Part shown: positions 39,935 through 51,372 of the stretch, one piece after another
Layout: each line of letters opens with the position of its first letter
How positions within the stretch are numbered: the stretch's first letter is position 1
Source of the DNA: Alphaproteobacteria bacterium
GTDB lineage: Bacteria; Pseudomonadota; Alphaproteobacteria; MPNO01; UBA830
Direction of reading: 5' to 3'
DNA: 64,000 bases
NCBI GenBank assembly: GCA_964291215.2
Contig: OZ219790.1
Location: 320,001 to 384,000 of the forward strand
The notes under the pieces: generated by a model
Told to the model about the DNA's origin: nothing
The model's input: only the letters and a program-made list of their open reading frames with translations
Database searches by the model: none
Made by a program: the position numbers and the translations under genes

Positions 39935-40443
39935 GGGTGCAGTTCTCGTATGGCGCATTCAAGTCATTGATTTAACATGGTTGTGCGGTCGCAAGGCAGC
40001 GGCGAAAACGGGTTTTCGTGACAATCGCCCGTTTCAGGACAGGATTTTGTCACGCCCCCCACGGCATCGACAGGGTGATCCGGGCGCTGCGCCACCTTCG
40101 CGACACCGCGGCGCCAACGGGCCGACAGGGAACTGTCCTTCTTCCGCAAGCATCGCCACCGAACGCGCTACCACGCGCTGAAGCAACCGGCTCGGGAATT
40201 GTCGAGGCGGCAAACAAGACCCTCGTCACACAGCGCATGAAACGCTCCGGCATGCGCTGGCGCATCGTCGGCGGACAATCACCTTCCGCGCCCTGATCCG
40301 GCCGCTTCGAGAGCGCGTGGACGGCCATGATCGGTGCAGACGGCGCACCAGCCAACGACAACATCAGCCCAAATCACCCCCCTGCACTGTGAGATGAACA
40401 AATGGTACTGAGCCTGCAACTGTGCCATACGAAACTCTCACCC
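39935..40443 (+). mobile_element. ~0.5-kb non-autonomous ISKra4-like element, copy 2
   Basis: Same TIRs as copy 1; perfect 8-bp TSD GTCTCGAC at 39927-39934 and 40444-40451. Confidence 0.9.
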
Positions 40444-40648
40444 GTCTCGACTACGCGCTCTCGAGACGGCGCGGCGATTCCGGAATAGACGACGGCACCC
40501 TGCTGTCTCTGCTGGTCGACGTCACTCACCAAGCTGTCGCGCTGGAGGCCCTCCAAGCGGAGCGTCTGCGCGGATACCACCGCAACCTCGTGGTCGCGGC
40601 GACCGGCAAGACCTGGATTGCAGCATTCGATTTCAAACGGCTGCGCGA

Positions 40649-41759
40649 CTAGTGTCTTGTCATTCATAAAATGTCGGATAAAGGCGTTTGAGTTTCACGC
40701 GGGCATCGTCGGTGGTGAACTGCCAATCCACCTTGGCCTGAATGCGGTCGCCTGCCAAGCGGCAACTTCCCGGGGTAACACCTCGGTCGATGCGGCGGTT
40801 CAGGCGGATCATGACGTTGAGTTCGATCACGTTCAGCCAACTGCCGTGCTTGGGGGTGTAGACGAACTCGAAGCGGTCCCACAGGGCCTTGGCCTCGTCC
40901 GGCGGGTAGGCCTCGTAGAAGGCGCCGGGGAGTGTTGAGATTGTCCATCACCAGGGTGATGGTGGTAGCATCTTGGTAGCGCTCGGCGATGTCGGCTTGG
41001 AACTGCGCCCAGTCGATCTTGCGCTCGGTTACCTTGGTCATGCGCTTGCCGGCCAGGGGTTCCGTGAAGACGTTGCAGGTACCGCAACGTCGATACTCGT
41101 AGTCGTTACGCCCGTCCCGGCGCCATGGCGATCGGTTGCCGTGTCTCGCCGGTCGGGGCGTTTCGTCCATGCAGACCACGGGGAAGGCGGCGGAGCGGCG
41201 ATCGAGCACCTTCGCTGCGGCGAAGTCGGCGTTCCCTTGAGGAGGAATCACCCACCCGCTGCCATGGCTTGAGGCAGTTTTTTTTAGAACACGCCGCACC
41301 GTCTCGTGTGACACGGTGTAACCAAGCTCGACAACGCGGTCGGCCAGCAGCCGCAACGACCATTGCGCGTAACCCTCAGGCGGTTCACCACAACTCAGAG
41401 CCACGCGCCTCGAAGACGCCGTCGGCTTTTCGCATATAGGTAGGACGGCGTCCTTGCCGGCCACCCAATGCCGCCTCCAGCCCCTCGAAACGCTTCTTTA
41501 CTCGGTCTACTTTGCGCATGCTGATGCGCAGAATCTCAGCAATGACCTTCCCGGTCATCTGGCATTCATTGAACGCGCCCTCGTCGCAGTTAAGCAGGGC
41601 GTTGATTACCTTTTGCGACAGGTGCGAGCCCTTGATCTCCGAAAGTTCTGCCCGTTCGTCCAGGGTCACCACGTAGCGTTTCATACTCCGACCTCCATCC
41701 CGAATGGACGGACAGTCTAGCACCAAATGTACGACATATCATTGCTGACATAACACTAG
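40649..41759 (-). mobile_element. IS630-family element, degraded
   Basis: CTAGTGTCTTGTCA / TGACATAACACTAG ends; WSLRLLA, VSHETVRR, VCMDE, LVMDNLNT. Confidence 0.9.
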
Positions 41760-43069
41760 GGTGCGGCTCGTTCCTTGCTCTTCGTCGCGCACCGCGAAGA
41801 GATCCTCCGTCAGAGTTAGCAAGTCTTTCAGTTCGTACTGCGCGAGCCGGGGTTCGGTGAGCGGCTGATCGGCGGCAAGCGTCCACGCGCGGGTTACCAC
41901 GTCTTTGCCTCGGTGCAGTCTCTTGCCAACCGCATCGACGAAATCGATCGGGAAGATTTCGACGTGGTCATCGTGGACGAGTTTCATCATGCTGCCGCCA
42001 CGAGCTACGAGCGCCTGCTGTCACGTCTGAAACCGAAAGTGCTCCTCGGACTCACGACTACGCCCGAGCGCGCTGACGACCAGTCAGTGCTGCAGTGGTT
42101 CGACGGCCGCATAGCTTCGGAGTCCCGGCTCTGGGATGCCCTCGACCATGGGCTGCTCTGCCCGTTTCACTATTTCGGGGTGAACGACGGAACGGATTTC
42201 TCAGCGGTTCGCTTCGAGCGCGAACGATATGTGCCTGGGGAGCTCGATAACGTGTTCACCGGGAATCACGTACGAACTGTTCGGATCCGCCATGCTGTCG
42301 AGGAATTTGTGACGGACCCGCACCAGATGCGGGCGTTGGGATTTTGCGCTGGTATCGGCCACGCCACTTCATGGCGAGTCAGTTCTCAGGTTTCGGCTAC
42401 CCGGCAATGGCGCTTGATGCCAGCACCCCCTGGGACGATCGTCGAGCGGCGCTCGCGAGACTGCGGCGCGGAGAACTTCGAGCCGTCTTCGCGGTCGATC
42501 TCTTCAACGACGGTGTCGACCTTCCCGAAGTCGACACCGTACTCATGCTGCGGCCGACCGAAAGCGCCACGGTGTTTCTCCAGCAGCTCGGAAGAGGGCT
42601 GCGGTGAGCCGAGGGAAAGCGGGTCCTCACTGTCCTCGACTTCGTGGGCCAGGTTCGGCGTACCGCTACGATGTGCGCTATCGAGCCCTGCTGGGGCACC
42701 CGCCATCAAGTCAGGCGCGCCATCGAGGCGGACTTTCCACTGCTCCCACCGGGATGTGCGCTCAAACTGGACCGCATCGCCAAGAAGAGGGTGCTGCGCA
42801 ACCTGAAAGAGGCGGTGCAAAATGCCCGCGCACGCCTCGCCGATGACCTGCACGTTCTCAGACCTGAAACACGGCTCCGTGGCTTCATGGTGGACGCCGG
42901 TGTCGAACTCGAAGAAATCTACGCACGACCCGGTTCGGTACACTGCTTTACCGAGCTCCGCAGGTGTTTCCCACGCTGCATTCAATTTTGCTGTCTTCTG
43001 CTGTCCGGAGGTTTCACAGCCTGCCGGGTTTTCTGGCTTCGGGGCCGTCCGCGGTCGTCGCCGGCGGCG

Positions 43070-43380
43070 TTATCGGCGCGTGGGCGGGTTGTGGGCGGCG
43101 TCCGGCCGATTCCCGGACGCCGCCAGCATGGCGCGGGCCCGTTGACGCGCCTGCACCACGGTCACGGCGTCGTCAAAGGTCTTCCAGATTCTTCGGCCCT
43201 CGTGCTGGGAGTGAATGAAGTAGCGCCTGGTGCGAGAGGGCGTGATGCGGATTCCGAGGCCCTTCAGTTCGCTATCGCGCACATCCAGGATGACCTTCTC
43301 CGGCTTGAGCGTATCGACCCGGCTCTGGGTGAGGTGCAGTTTCGCGCCACCGTCCGTCCAGGTCGGTGGCGCGTCTTCGT
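43070..43380 (-). pseudogene. Tyrosine integrase arm-binding domain fragment
   Basis: LTQSRVDTLKP..RDSELKGLGIRITPSRTRRYF..QARQRARAML; no catalytic domain follows. Confidence 0.7.
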
Positions 43381-43383
43381 CCG

Positions 43384-45057
43384 TCAACCCTTCTTCGGGT
43401 CGAGCCCGTAGATCTCGCTGGCCGCCGACGCGGTGACGTATCCCTCCGCGACATCCCGCGCCAGGCGTTCGGGGTCGCGTTTCCCGGGATCTCCAAAACC
43501 GCCGCCACCGGCGGTCTCAAGGTAGAAGACCTGCCCGGCTTCCAGTTCGAATTTCCCCGCCGACGGCGTTTCGAGCTCGTCCTCCCGTCCGGCGCGGATC
43601 ACGAACCTGCTGCCGCCACCGTCCTGTCCGCCGTGGCTGCCGGGCGGCGGAAACTTCCAGCGGTCGTAGCGGCGCACTACCGAGCAGTCTTGCAGTACCT
43701 CGTAGCGCCGCCGGAAGGAGACGCCGCCGCGGAACTCGCCGGCGCCGCCGGAATCCGCAACCATGTCGAACTCGGTGATGCGGCACGGATACTCGCTTTC
43801 GAGGATCTCGATCGGCGTCACATGGAGGTTCGAGAGATGGGTGGCCGTCGCGTTGCAGCCGTCATTGCCGTTGCCGCCGCCATAGGCCGAGCCGAGAATC
43901 TCGTATTGCAGCGTGTTGTGGCCGGGCTTGCCGCCCTTGTACCAGTTGATGGACAGCGACCCCGACGAGCCGGAACCGGCGATCGCACGTATCGGATTGA
44001 AGGTTGCGAGGGCTTCGAGGATGACATCGGTGAGCCGGAGATTCGCCTTCTGGTACGACGACACCGGTGCCGGGCTCTCGGCATTGGTGATGGTGCGCGG
44101 CGCGTACACGAACTCCACGACGTCGCGCATGCCGTCGTTGAACTGCATCGTCGGTCCGAGGCAGCCGATCAGCGAGTAGAAGACGCATGCCTCGACCATC
44201 GACGGGCGCAGGTTGACCGGCCCCCGAGCCTGGACCTGCGACTTCGAGAAGTCGAAGCTGATGCTGCGGCCCTTCTTGCGCACGGTCACCGCGAAATACA
44301 CCCCGCGGTCGAGATCGACGCCGTCATCGTCCATGTAGCCGTCGGCGGATGCCTCCCCATCGGGCAGCGCGGCGATCGCTCCGCGCATTTGCTCGGCTGC
44401 CGATTGGAGAATGGCGGCGAACGCACCCGTCACCGTCGCGACCCCGAAGCGCGCGCAATGGTCCTGCATGCGCCGGACTCCCATCAGGGTTGCTGCGATC
44501 TGTGCGCGCATGTCGCCGCGAACCAGTTCGGGCTGACGGCTGTTGGTCAGGATGAGGCGTTCGAGATCGTCGTCATAGTCGTGGCTGGCGGCGATCTTGA
44601 CCGGCGGAAGCACGAGACCCTCGTGGTAGATCTCGGTCGCGCTGGCCGAGGTCGAGCCCGGAATCATGCCACCGATATCGGCCTTGTGAGCGCAAGAGCC
44701 CGAGAATCCGACGAGCTTGCCGCCGGAGAAGATCGGTGAGACGAACGCCATGTCGGAGACATGTGGAACCCCGGCCTCGTAAGGGTGGTTTGACACCACG
44801 ACATCTCCGTCAGCCAGCCCGTCGATGCCGTAGAGCGCGACAGTGCGGTCGACGAAGTGTTTGTAGAATGAAGAATGGAAAAACATTGGCGGCGGCACGA
44901 TCAGCCGGCCTTCGCGGTCGAGAATTACGCACGAGAAGTCGCGGCTTTCGCGAATGATCGTCGAATAGCCCGACCGGTAGAAATGGTAGTGCATTTCGTC
45001 GACGAGGCTTGCGACCTTGTTTCTGATGATCTGGATTGTGATCGGGTCGACGGCCAT
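43384..45057 (-). CDS. Hydantoinase B/oxoprolinase family protein
   Basis: DPITIQII, STIIRESRDFSC, HKADIGG, EIYHEG, DSGGAGEFRGG, GGGGFGDP. Confidence 0.94.
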   Translation of the reverse strand: MAVDPITIQIIRNKVASLVDEMHYHFYRSGYSTIIRESRDFSCVILDREGRLIVPPPMFFHSSFYKHFVDRTVALYGIDGLADGDVVVSNHPYEAGVPHVSDMAFVSPIFSGGKLVGFSGSCAHKADIGGMIPGSTSASATEIYHEGLVLPPVKIAASHDYDDDLERLILTNSRQPELVRGDMRAQIAATLMGVRRMQDHCARFGVATVTGAFAAILQSAAEQMRGAIAALPDGEASADGYMDDDGVDLDRGVYFAVTVRKKGRSISFDFSKSQVQARGPVNLRPSMVEACVFYSLIGCLGPTMQFNDGMRDVVEFVYAPRTITNAESPAPVSSYQKANLRLTDVILEALATFNPIRAIAGSGSSGSLSINWYKGGKPGHNTLQYEILGSAYGGGNGNDGCNATATHLSNLHVTPIEILESEYPCRITEFDMVADSGGAGEFRGGVSFRRRYEVLQDCSVVRRYDRWKFPPPGSHGGQDGGGSRFVIRAGREDELETPSAGKFELEAGQVFYLETAGGGGFGDPGKRDPERLARDVAEGYVTASAASEIYGLDPKKG

Positions 45058-45058
45058 G

Positions 45059-47146
45059 TCACGAATCCCGGATGAGGACGAGGTTGCGGTGGATGTCGAC
45101 CTCGGCCCGCCAGTCGGCGGTTACCACCGTCGTGGCGTCGAGCTGTTCGATGATCGCGGGACCGGCGACAACGGCGCCCGGCGGCAGTTTGCGGCGCGCC
45201 CAGACCGCGGTTCGCACCGGGGCGTCGGAATTGAACCACACGTCGCGCTCGCCCTTGCGCGCACTCTCGGGCGCGGGTGAAGCGACAAACGCGGCCGCTG
45301 GTACCGGTTCGTATTTGGGAACGGGCACGCGCACCCGGACGCGAAAGCTCACGATTTCGACCGGCTTTTCGGTGGCGGCATGGCCGTGGATGCGGGCGTG
45401 GATGCCATCGAAACGCTCCCGCGCCGCCGCCAGCGCATCGCTGTCGAGCTCCGTGTCGCTGCCAAGGCCGGCGAGGGGAACCCGCAATTCGTAGCCTTGG
45501 CCGGTGTAGCGCATGTCGAGTTCGCGGTTGAAGAGTCCCGCACCGGGATCGAGCCCTTCATTCGCGAGTTCACGTCGTCCGCGCTCCTCGAGGTCCGCGA
45601 AGACGCCTTCCGCGTGAGCAGCTGGCATCTGTTCAAGCGGGCGCAGTTCCGAGCGGATATAGTCGTGGATGACGTCGGTGCACAGGAGGCCGAGCGCCGA
45701 GAAGGCGCCGGGGCGTGGTGGCACGCGGATTCGTGTCATGTTGATTTCGTCGGCGACCGCTGCGGCGTGCACGGCGCCAGCACCGCCAAACGGCAGCAGG
45801 GAGAATTCCTGCGGATCGACGCCGCGCTTGGCTCCGAAGATGCGGATTTCGTCGGCCATGCGCATGTCGACGATGCGACGTATGCCGCAGGCCGCTTCGA
45901 TGCCGGACATGCCGAGCGGTCCGCTGATCTTCTCCTCGAGCGCCGCGAGCGCGGCCTTGCGATCCAGAGCCTGCGCACCGCCGAGAAAATAGTCGGGATT
46001 GAGGAAACCGCACGCGATGTCCGCGTCGGTAACCGTCGGTTCGGTGCCGCCCTTGCCGTAGCAGACCGGCCCCGGTTCGGCGCCGGCGGAGCGCGGGCCC
46101 ACAGCCAGGAGCCCGCCGCCGTCGATCCAGGCGATCGAACCTCCGCCGGCCGAAATCGTCGTCAGGTCGAGTGCGGGAACGTCGAGACGCCGACGCGCGA
46201 CCTCGCTCTCGGTCACTTCGAGTGGAACGCCGCACTCGATGAACGCGATGTCGCAGGATGTGCCGCCCATGTCGAGCGTGACCAGGCCGTGACTATGGTC
46301 TGATGCAAGATAGGCAGCCGCCTGCGCGCCCGCGGCCGGTCCCGAGAACAGGGTATGAACGGTCTTGGCTCCCGCGACCGCGGCCGAGAACGACATGACG
46401 CCGCCGTTTGACTGCATCAGGAAGCGTTGGGGCGTGGTTACACCGCTCCCGTCGAGACCGTCCGAGAGGTCTCCGATATAGCCGATCAGGGTCGGTTCCA
46501 GATAGGCGTTCAAAAGAGTGGTGGACATGCGGGGCCATTCGCGGATGCGCGGCAGCACGTCCGACGACAGCGACACATGGCCCTCGGGCCACTCCTCGGC
46601 AATGATCTCCCGGGAGCGTTGCTCGTGCGATGGGTTCATGTAGGAGAACAGGTAGACGATGGCGATCGAATCGACGCCCCTCTCCCGGAGAGCGCGTGCC
46701 GCCAGATGCACCACCTGCTCGTCGAGCGGCTCGAGCTCGTTGCCTTCGTAGTCGATTCGTCCGCCGATTTCGTGGGTGAGGCTTTGTGGCGCGAGATGCG
46801 GTGGCCGCTGAAAGAAATAGTCGAACGGATTGCCGTCGCGCGCCTGTTGCTGAATCTCCTGGATGGCACGGTATCCCCTGGTAATGAGCATGCCGACCCG
46901 CGCGCCTTTCATCTCAAGAAGGGCGTTGGTGGTGGTAGTGGTGCCGTGGGCGAAAAACTCGATCACTCCGGGGTCTCTGCCCTTGGCGGCGAAGCGGTCG
47001 ATTCCCGCAAGTACTCCGAGCGCCGGATTGGCTGGAGTGGACGACACTTTCTCGATCTCGATCGAACCGTCGGTCACATCGAGAAGAATCAGGTCAGTGT
47101 GGGTGCCACCGACATCGACGCCGAGGCGGTACCGCGCGCCGCTCAT
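45059..47146 (-). CDS. Hydantoinase A/oxoprolinase family protein
   Basis: GVDVGGTHTD, HGTTTTTNA, SGPAAG, DMGGTSCD, SAGAEPGP, FGGAG. Confidence 0.94.
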   Translation of the reverse strand: MSGARYRLGVDVGGTHTDLILLDVTDGSIEIEKVSSTPANPALGVLAGIDRFAAKGRDPGVIEFFAHGTTTTTNALLEMKGARVGMLITRGYRAIQEIQQQARDGNPFDYFFQRPPHLAPQSLTHEIGGRIDYEGNELEPLDEQVVHLAARALRERGVDSIAIVYLFSYMNPSHEQRSREIIAEEWPEGHVSLSSDVLPRIREWPRMSTTLLNAYLEPTLIGYIGDLSDGLDGSGVTTPQRFLMQSNGGVMSFSAAVAGAKTVHTLFSGPAAGAQAAAYLASDHSHGLVTLDMGGTSCDIAFIECGVPLEVTESEVARRRLDVPALDLTTISAGGGSIAWIDGGGLLAVGPRSAGAEPGPVCYGKGGTEPTVTDADIACGFLNPDYFLGGAQALDRKAALAALEEKISGPLGMSGIEAACGIRRIVDMRMADEIRIFGAKRGVDPQEFSLLPFGGAGAVHAAAVADEINMTRIRVPPRPGAFSALGLLCTDVIHDYIRSELRPLEQMPAAHAEGVFADLEERGRRELANEGLDPGAGLFNRELDMRYTGQGYELRVPLAGLGSDTELDSDALAAARERFDGIHARIHGHAATEKPVEIVSFRVRVRVPVPKYEPVPAAAFVASPAPESARKGERDVWFNSDAPVRTAVWARRKLPPGAVVAGPAIIEQLDATTVVTADWRAEVDIHRNLVLIRDS

Positions 47147-47194
47147 GCGTTGTCCGCCGTCATGAAACTCCGCTCCGGATTCAGCCGTGCCGGG

Positions 47195-47977
47195 CTACCT
47201 AGCCTTCGGTGCATCGGCAAACGAGGCAAGCGCCATCGTGCCGCCGTCGACAAACAGGTTGGCGCCAGCGATGAAGGATGCGTCTTCGGAGGCGAGGAAC
47301 AGTACCGCCTTTGCCTGTTCCTCCGGCTCGCCCGGGCGTCCGAGGAGATTGTTCACCTTGCGATTGCGGTCGAAGATCTCGCGGCCGACCGGGGATCCGC
47401 TCATGTTCGGCGAGACCTGGTTAACGATGATGTCGTAGGGCGCGAGCTGGACGGCAAGGGACTGGGTAAGATTGAAGACGCCGCTCTTGGCTGCAGTATA
47501 GGCAAGCGCCGTCGGCCGGCCCTTGAAGCCGGAGGTCGATCCGATGTTGATGACACGGCCGGTGCGCCCGTTGTCGACCATCCACCGGGCGACCTGCTTG
47601 GTCACGTAGAATGGCGAGGACAGGGTGACGTCGATGGTCTTCCGCCATTCGTCCTCGCTGAGTTCGAATATGTCCTTGTTGTCAGAGATCGCGACATTGT
47701 TGACCAGGATGTCGATGCCGCCAAAGGCATCGACGGTGGCGGAGACCATGTCCGCGATATCGTCGGTGCGGGAGACGTCGCAGGTGATGGCGACGGCGCG
47801 GCCGCCGCTCTTCTCGATGGCGGCGGCCACCGATTCGGCGCGTCCGCTGTCCATGTCGACCACTGCCACCATGGCGCCTTCCGAGGCGAAGAGCTTCGCG
47901 ATCTCCTCGCCGATATTGCGTCCCGCACCGGTCACGATCGCAGACTTGCCGCCGAGCCGCCCCCTGCCTTCCGTCAT
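47195..47977 (-). CDS. SDR-family NAD(P)-dependent oxidoreductase
   Basis: TGAGRNIG, LVNN, YTAAK. Confidence 0.93.
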   Translation of the reverse strand: MTEGRGRLGGKSAIVTGAGRNIGEEIAKLFASEGAMVAVVDMDSGRAESVAAAIEKSGGRAVAITCDVSRTDDIADMVSATVDAFGGIDILVNNVAISDNKDIFELSEDEWRKTIDVTLSSPFYVTKQVARWMVDNGRTGRVINIGSTSGFKGRPTALAYTAAKSGVFNLTQSLAVQLAPYDIIVNQVSPNMSGSPVGREIFDRNRKVNNLLGRPGEPEEQAKAVLFLASEDASFIAGANLFVDGGTMALASFADAPKAR

Positions 47978-48056
47978 TCGCCACTTCATGTTTTGCGTTG
48001 TCCGAGTTTCCATTATAACACGGGCAATAGACTTGGATTCGAGAGGAAAAGCAAGA

Positions 48057-50363
48057 ATGGGCGAGTCTGATGTCGGTCAGCCGATTCCACGCACGGAGGA
48101 TCCGCGGCTTCTGATGGGAGGCGGGCGTTACGTGGACGATATCTCGCTTCCGCGCCAGGCTCGCGCGCTTGTCGTCAGGTCGCCGCACGCGCATGCCCTG
48201 ATCCTGTCAATTGACACTTCGCAGGCCGAATCGATGCCAGGCGTCCTTGCGGTTCTCACCGGCGAGGACTATGTCGCCGACGGTCTCGGCGACCTCCGGT
48301 GCCTGACTAGGTGGAATGACGGACAGTACCAGAACCCGTGCCCGGCGCTTGCCGTCGGCAGGGTCCGTTTCGTCGGCGATCCGATCGTCGTCATCGTTGC
48401 GGAAACCGTGAATCAGGCCCGCGATGCGGCGGAAGTCATCGACATCGCGTATGACCCGTTGCCGGCCGTGGTGTCGACCGCGGATGCCGCGGGAGAAGAC
48501 GCGCCGCTGATCTGGGACGACTGCCCGGGCAATGCCTGCTTCACTGTCGAGCGCGGTTATCGGGAAGAGGCCGCGGCTGCATTCGAGGTCGCGGATCATG
48601 TCGTCGAACGAACCTTTCGCATCTCGCGAATGATTGCTAACACGCTGGAGCCGCGCGCCTACGTCGGCGTCTACGACGCCACCGACCGGCGCTACACGCT
48701 CCATACGGCGCTCCACTATCCGCACAAGCTGCGTGAACAGCTTGCGAGCGAAATCCTGCATGTCGGCGAGCGCGATGTCCGGGTGATTGCGGGTGACATT
48801 GGTGGAAGCTTCGGACTGCGCGGTGGGACCTATCCCGAGCAGGTACTCGTGCTGTGGGCATCGCGGCGCATAGGACGCCCGGTGAAATGGACCGGCGAAC
48901 GGTCGGAAGGTCATCTTGCCGACTATCAGGGCCGCGACAACGTCTCGACGGCCCGTCTAGCACTTGACGGTGACGGGAATTTCCTAGCTCTCCAGGTGCG
49001 CACCCTTGCGGCGCTTGGCGCCTATACCACTACCGCGGGCAGCGGGCCGCCGGTGAACAATCTCGGCACCTTGGCCGGCACCTACAGGACGCCAGCAATC
49101 CATGCCGAGGTTACTGGCGTCTATACCAACACCACGCCGACTTCTCCATATCGCGGAGCGGGACGGCCCGAAGCCGCCTACATCATCGAAACGCTGGTTG
49201 ACGATGCCGCCCGCGCGCTCGGACGCGATCCGGCGGAACTCCGGCGACAGAATACGATTCCACCCGAGGCGATGCCGTTCAAGACCGGTCTCGTGTTCAC
49301 TTACGATTGCGGCGAGTTCGAGAAGAATCTAGATGACGGGCTCGCGATGATCGATCACGCCGGCTTCGAGTCCCGGCGGCGGGATTCCGAGGCGTGCGGG
49401 CGGCTTCGCGGCCTTGGACTGTCGAATACCATCGAACGGGCCGGCGCGCCGTCGATGGAGGAGGCAACCCTCCGCATCGACAGCAGCGGCGGCGTTACCG
49501 TACTGGCCGGCACCATCAGCCAGGGTCAGGGGCATGAGACTGTTTACAAGCAAATCGTTTCGCAACAACTCGGCGTGGCCATCGATAATATCCGGGTGCG
49601 GGAAGGGGACACAGACCTCCAGGGTATCGGCGGGGGAACCGGGGGCTCGAGATCGGCGACCTGCGGCGGTTCGGCTGTCTACCGCGCAGTCGAGGCGGCT
49701 GTCGCCAAGGGCAAGATCCTTGCGGCGCACCGACTGGAGGCGAGCATCGAGGATATTGAGTTTTCCGATGGTGTGTTCGCCATCGGCGGTACCGACCGTT
49801 CAATCGCGCTCGCCGAAGTCGCGCGGAAATCCTACATCCCGTCGGAACTCCCTGAAGGCGTTAACGCCGGCATCGATGAGCGTGCGACGTTTTCGCCCAA
49901 GGCGGCCAACTATCCAAACGGCTGCCATGTCTGCGAGGTCGAGATAGATCCGGAAACCGGCGAGGTGGAGATCCTCGCCTATGTGATCGTCGACGACGTG
50001 GGCACGGTCTTAAATCCGTCATTGCTCAAGGGCCAGATCCACGGCGGCGTTGCCCAAGGGGTCGGACAGGCGGTGATGGAACGAGCGGTTTACGCTGGCG
50101 ACGGCCAGAACTTGGCAGCATCGTTCATGGATTACGCCATGCCGCGGGCACAGGATTTTTGCATGTTCGAAGTCAAGTCCAATCCGGTTCCGACGCAACA
50201 AAATCCGCTGGGTGTGAAGGGGGCGGGCGAAGCCGGGACGGTCGGCGCGTTGCCCGCGGTGATGAATGCGATTGAGAACGCACTGAACCAGGCTGGGGTA
50301 TCGTCAATCGAAATGCCGGCGACGCCCGAGAAGATATGGCGGACTTTGCGGCAGGCGGCCTAA
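48057..50363 (+). CDS. Xanthine dehydrogenase/CoxL-like (form II) molybdopterin-binding subunit
   Basis: Start MGESDVGQPIPRTED; PYRGAGRPEA, QGQGHET, GQIHGGVAQG, GVKGAGEAG. Confidence 0.93.
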   Translation: MGESDVGQPIPRTEDPRLLMGGGRYVDDISLPRQARALVVRSPHAHALILSIDTSQAESMPGVLAVLTGEDYVADGLGDLRCLTRWNDGQYQNPCPALAVGRVRFVGDPIVVIVAETVNQARDAAEVIDIAYDPLPAVVSTADAAGEDAPLIWDDCPGNACFTVERGYREEAAAAFEVADHVVERTFRISRMIANTLEPRAYVGVYDATDRRYTLHTALHYPHKLREQLASEILHVGERDVRVIAGDIGGSFGLRGGTYPEQVLVLWASRRIGRPVKWTGERSEGHLADYQGRDNVSTARLALDGDGNFLALQVRTLAALGAYTTTAGSGPPVNNLGTLAGTYRTPAIHAEVTGVYTNTTPTSPYRGAGRPEAAYIIETLVDDAARALGRDPAELRRQNTIPPEAMPFKTGLVFTYDCGEFEKNLDDGLAMIDHAGFESRRRDSEACGRLRGLGLSNTIERAGAPSMEEATLRIDSSGGVTVLAGTISQGQGHETVYKQIVSQQLGVAIDNIRVREGDTDLQGIGGGTGGSRSATCGGSAVYRAVEAAVAKGKILAAHRLEASIEDIEFSDGVFAIGGTDRSIALAEVARKSYIPSELPEGVNAGIDERATFSPKAANYPNGCHVCEVEIDPETGEVEILAYVIVDDVGTVLNPSLLKGQIHGGVAQGVGQAVMERAVYAGDGQNLAASFMDYAMPRAQDFCMFEVKSNPVPTQQNPLGVKGAGEAGTVGALPAVMNAIENALNQAGVSSIEMPATPEKIWRTLRQAA

Positions 50364-50945
50364 GGGTCTGTCACCAAATAAACGAATCCATGTTGTTTGC
50401 GTTGGCGTTTTTGTCTGTCTGTTGGCTTCGGTTGGTTGGTGCTGGGGTCTTCGGGGATGATTTGTCGGTCAGTTGGTTGTCGGCTGATTCTCCGGCGCTG
50501 TTGGGACGTTTATCTTCGGTGCATGGAACAGGCAGAGAGCATAAGGCACCGGTTTGCAGTCCTTTCTCCTCATCTTGACGAAAGGGGTCGCCGGTTGCTC
50601 GCGGCGGTTGAGGCGCAATGTCTTGGGCGCGGCGGAATAACGCAGGTCTCGGATCTCACCGGAGTTGCGCGTTCGACGATTGGACGGGGTCTGAAGGAGA
50701 TTGACGGAGCCATGTCGCCGCCGGCACCGGACCGGGTCCGGCGCGCGGGCGCAAGCCGGCGACGGAGCGTCAGCCGGGTTTGCTGGCGGCGCTGGTTGCG
50801 CCGGCGACACGGGGCGACCCGGTCCGGTCTCTGCTGTGGGTTTCGAAGAGCGCCCGGCATCTTGCGAAGTATCTTGAGGAGCAGGGTTATTCGGCGTCGC
50901 TTATCGGGCGGCTTCTGGACGAGCTTGGCTATACGCTACAGGCCA
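50364..50945 (+). mobile_element. ISAzo13-family transposase 5' remnant
   Basis: LDERGRRLLAA..GRGGI..RSTIGRG; GDPVRSLLWVSKS. Confidence 0.8.
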
Positions 50946-51372
50946 GGGTGCAGTTCTCGTATGGCAAATCCAAGTCATTGATTTAAAACGGTTGTGCGGT
51001 CGCGAGACAGCGGCGAAAACGGGTTTTCGTGACAATCGCCCGTTTCAGGACAGGATTTTGTCACGACCCCCGCGGCATCGACAGGGTGATCCGGGCGCTG
51101 CGCCACCTTCGCGGCGCCAACGGGCCGACATCGACAGGGAATTGTCCTTCTTTCGCAAGCATCGCCACCGAATGCGCTACCACGCGCTGAAGCAACCGGC
51201 TCGGGAATTGTCGAGGCGGCAAACAAGACCCTCATCACACAGCGCATGAAACGCTCCGGCATGCGCTGACGCATCGTCGGCGGACAATCACCTTCCGCGC
51301 CCTGCTCGAATCCGACCGCTTCGAGAGCGCGTAGACGGCCATGATCAGTGCAGACGACGCACCAGCCAACAA
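50946..51372 (+). mobile_element. ~0.5-kb ISKra4-like element, copy 3 (3' truncated)
   Basis: Same left end and same internal deletion as copies 1 and 2; followed by an IS256-type end. Confidence 0.85.

Larger units (their letters stand above)
39062..42960 (+). pseudogene. PLD-nuclease/SF2 helicase (DUF3427-type architecture), disrupted
   Basis: RLHAKAWLF..SSNLT PLD motif; LVVAATGKT, DEFHH, LGLTTTPER, VDLFNDGVDLP, QQLGRGLR; two insertions, frameshifts and an internal stop. Confidence 0.85.

Noticed and set aside
47625-48056. N-terminal extensions given by the ORF track (also 4182-4376, 32324-32482, 62793-63386)
   Set aside because: They overlap neighbouring real genes; family-typical starts lie downstream.
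29469-50363. True aerobic CO dehydrogenase
   Set aside because: Neither large subunit has the form I AYxCSFR loop (they read MFRGVG and PYRGAGR), and no cox accessory genes are present.
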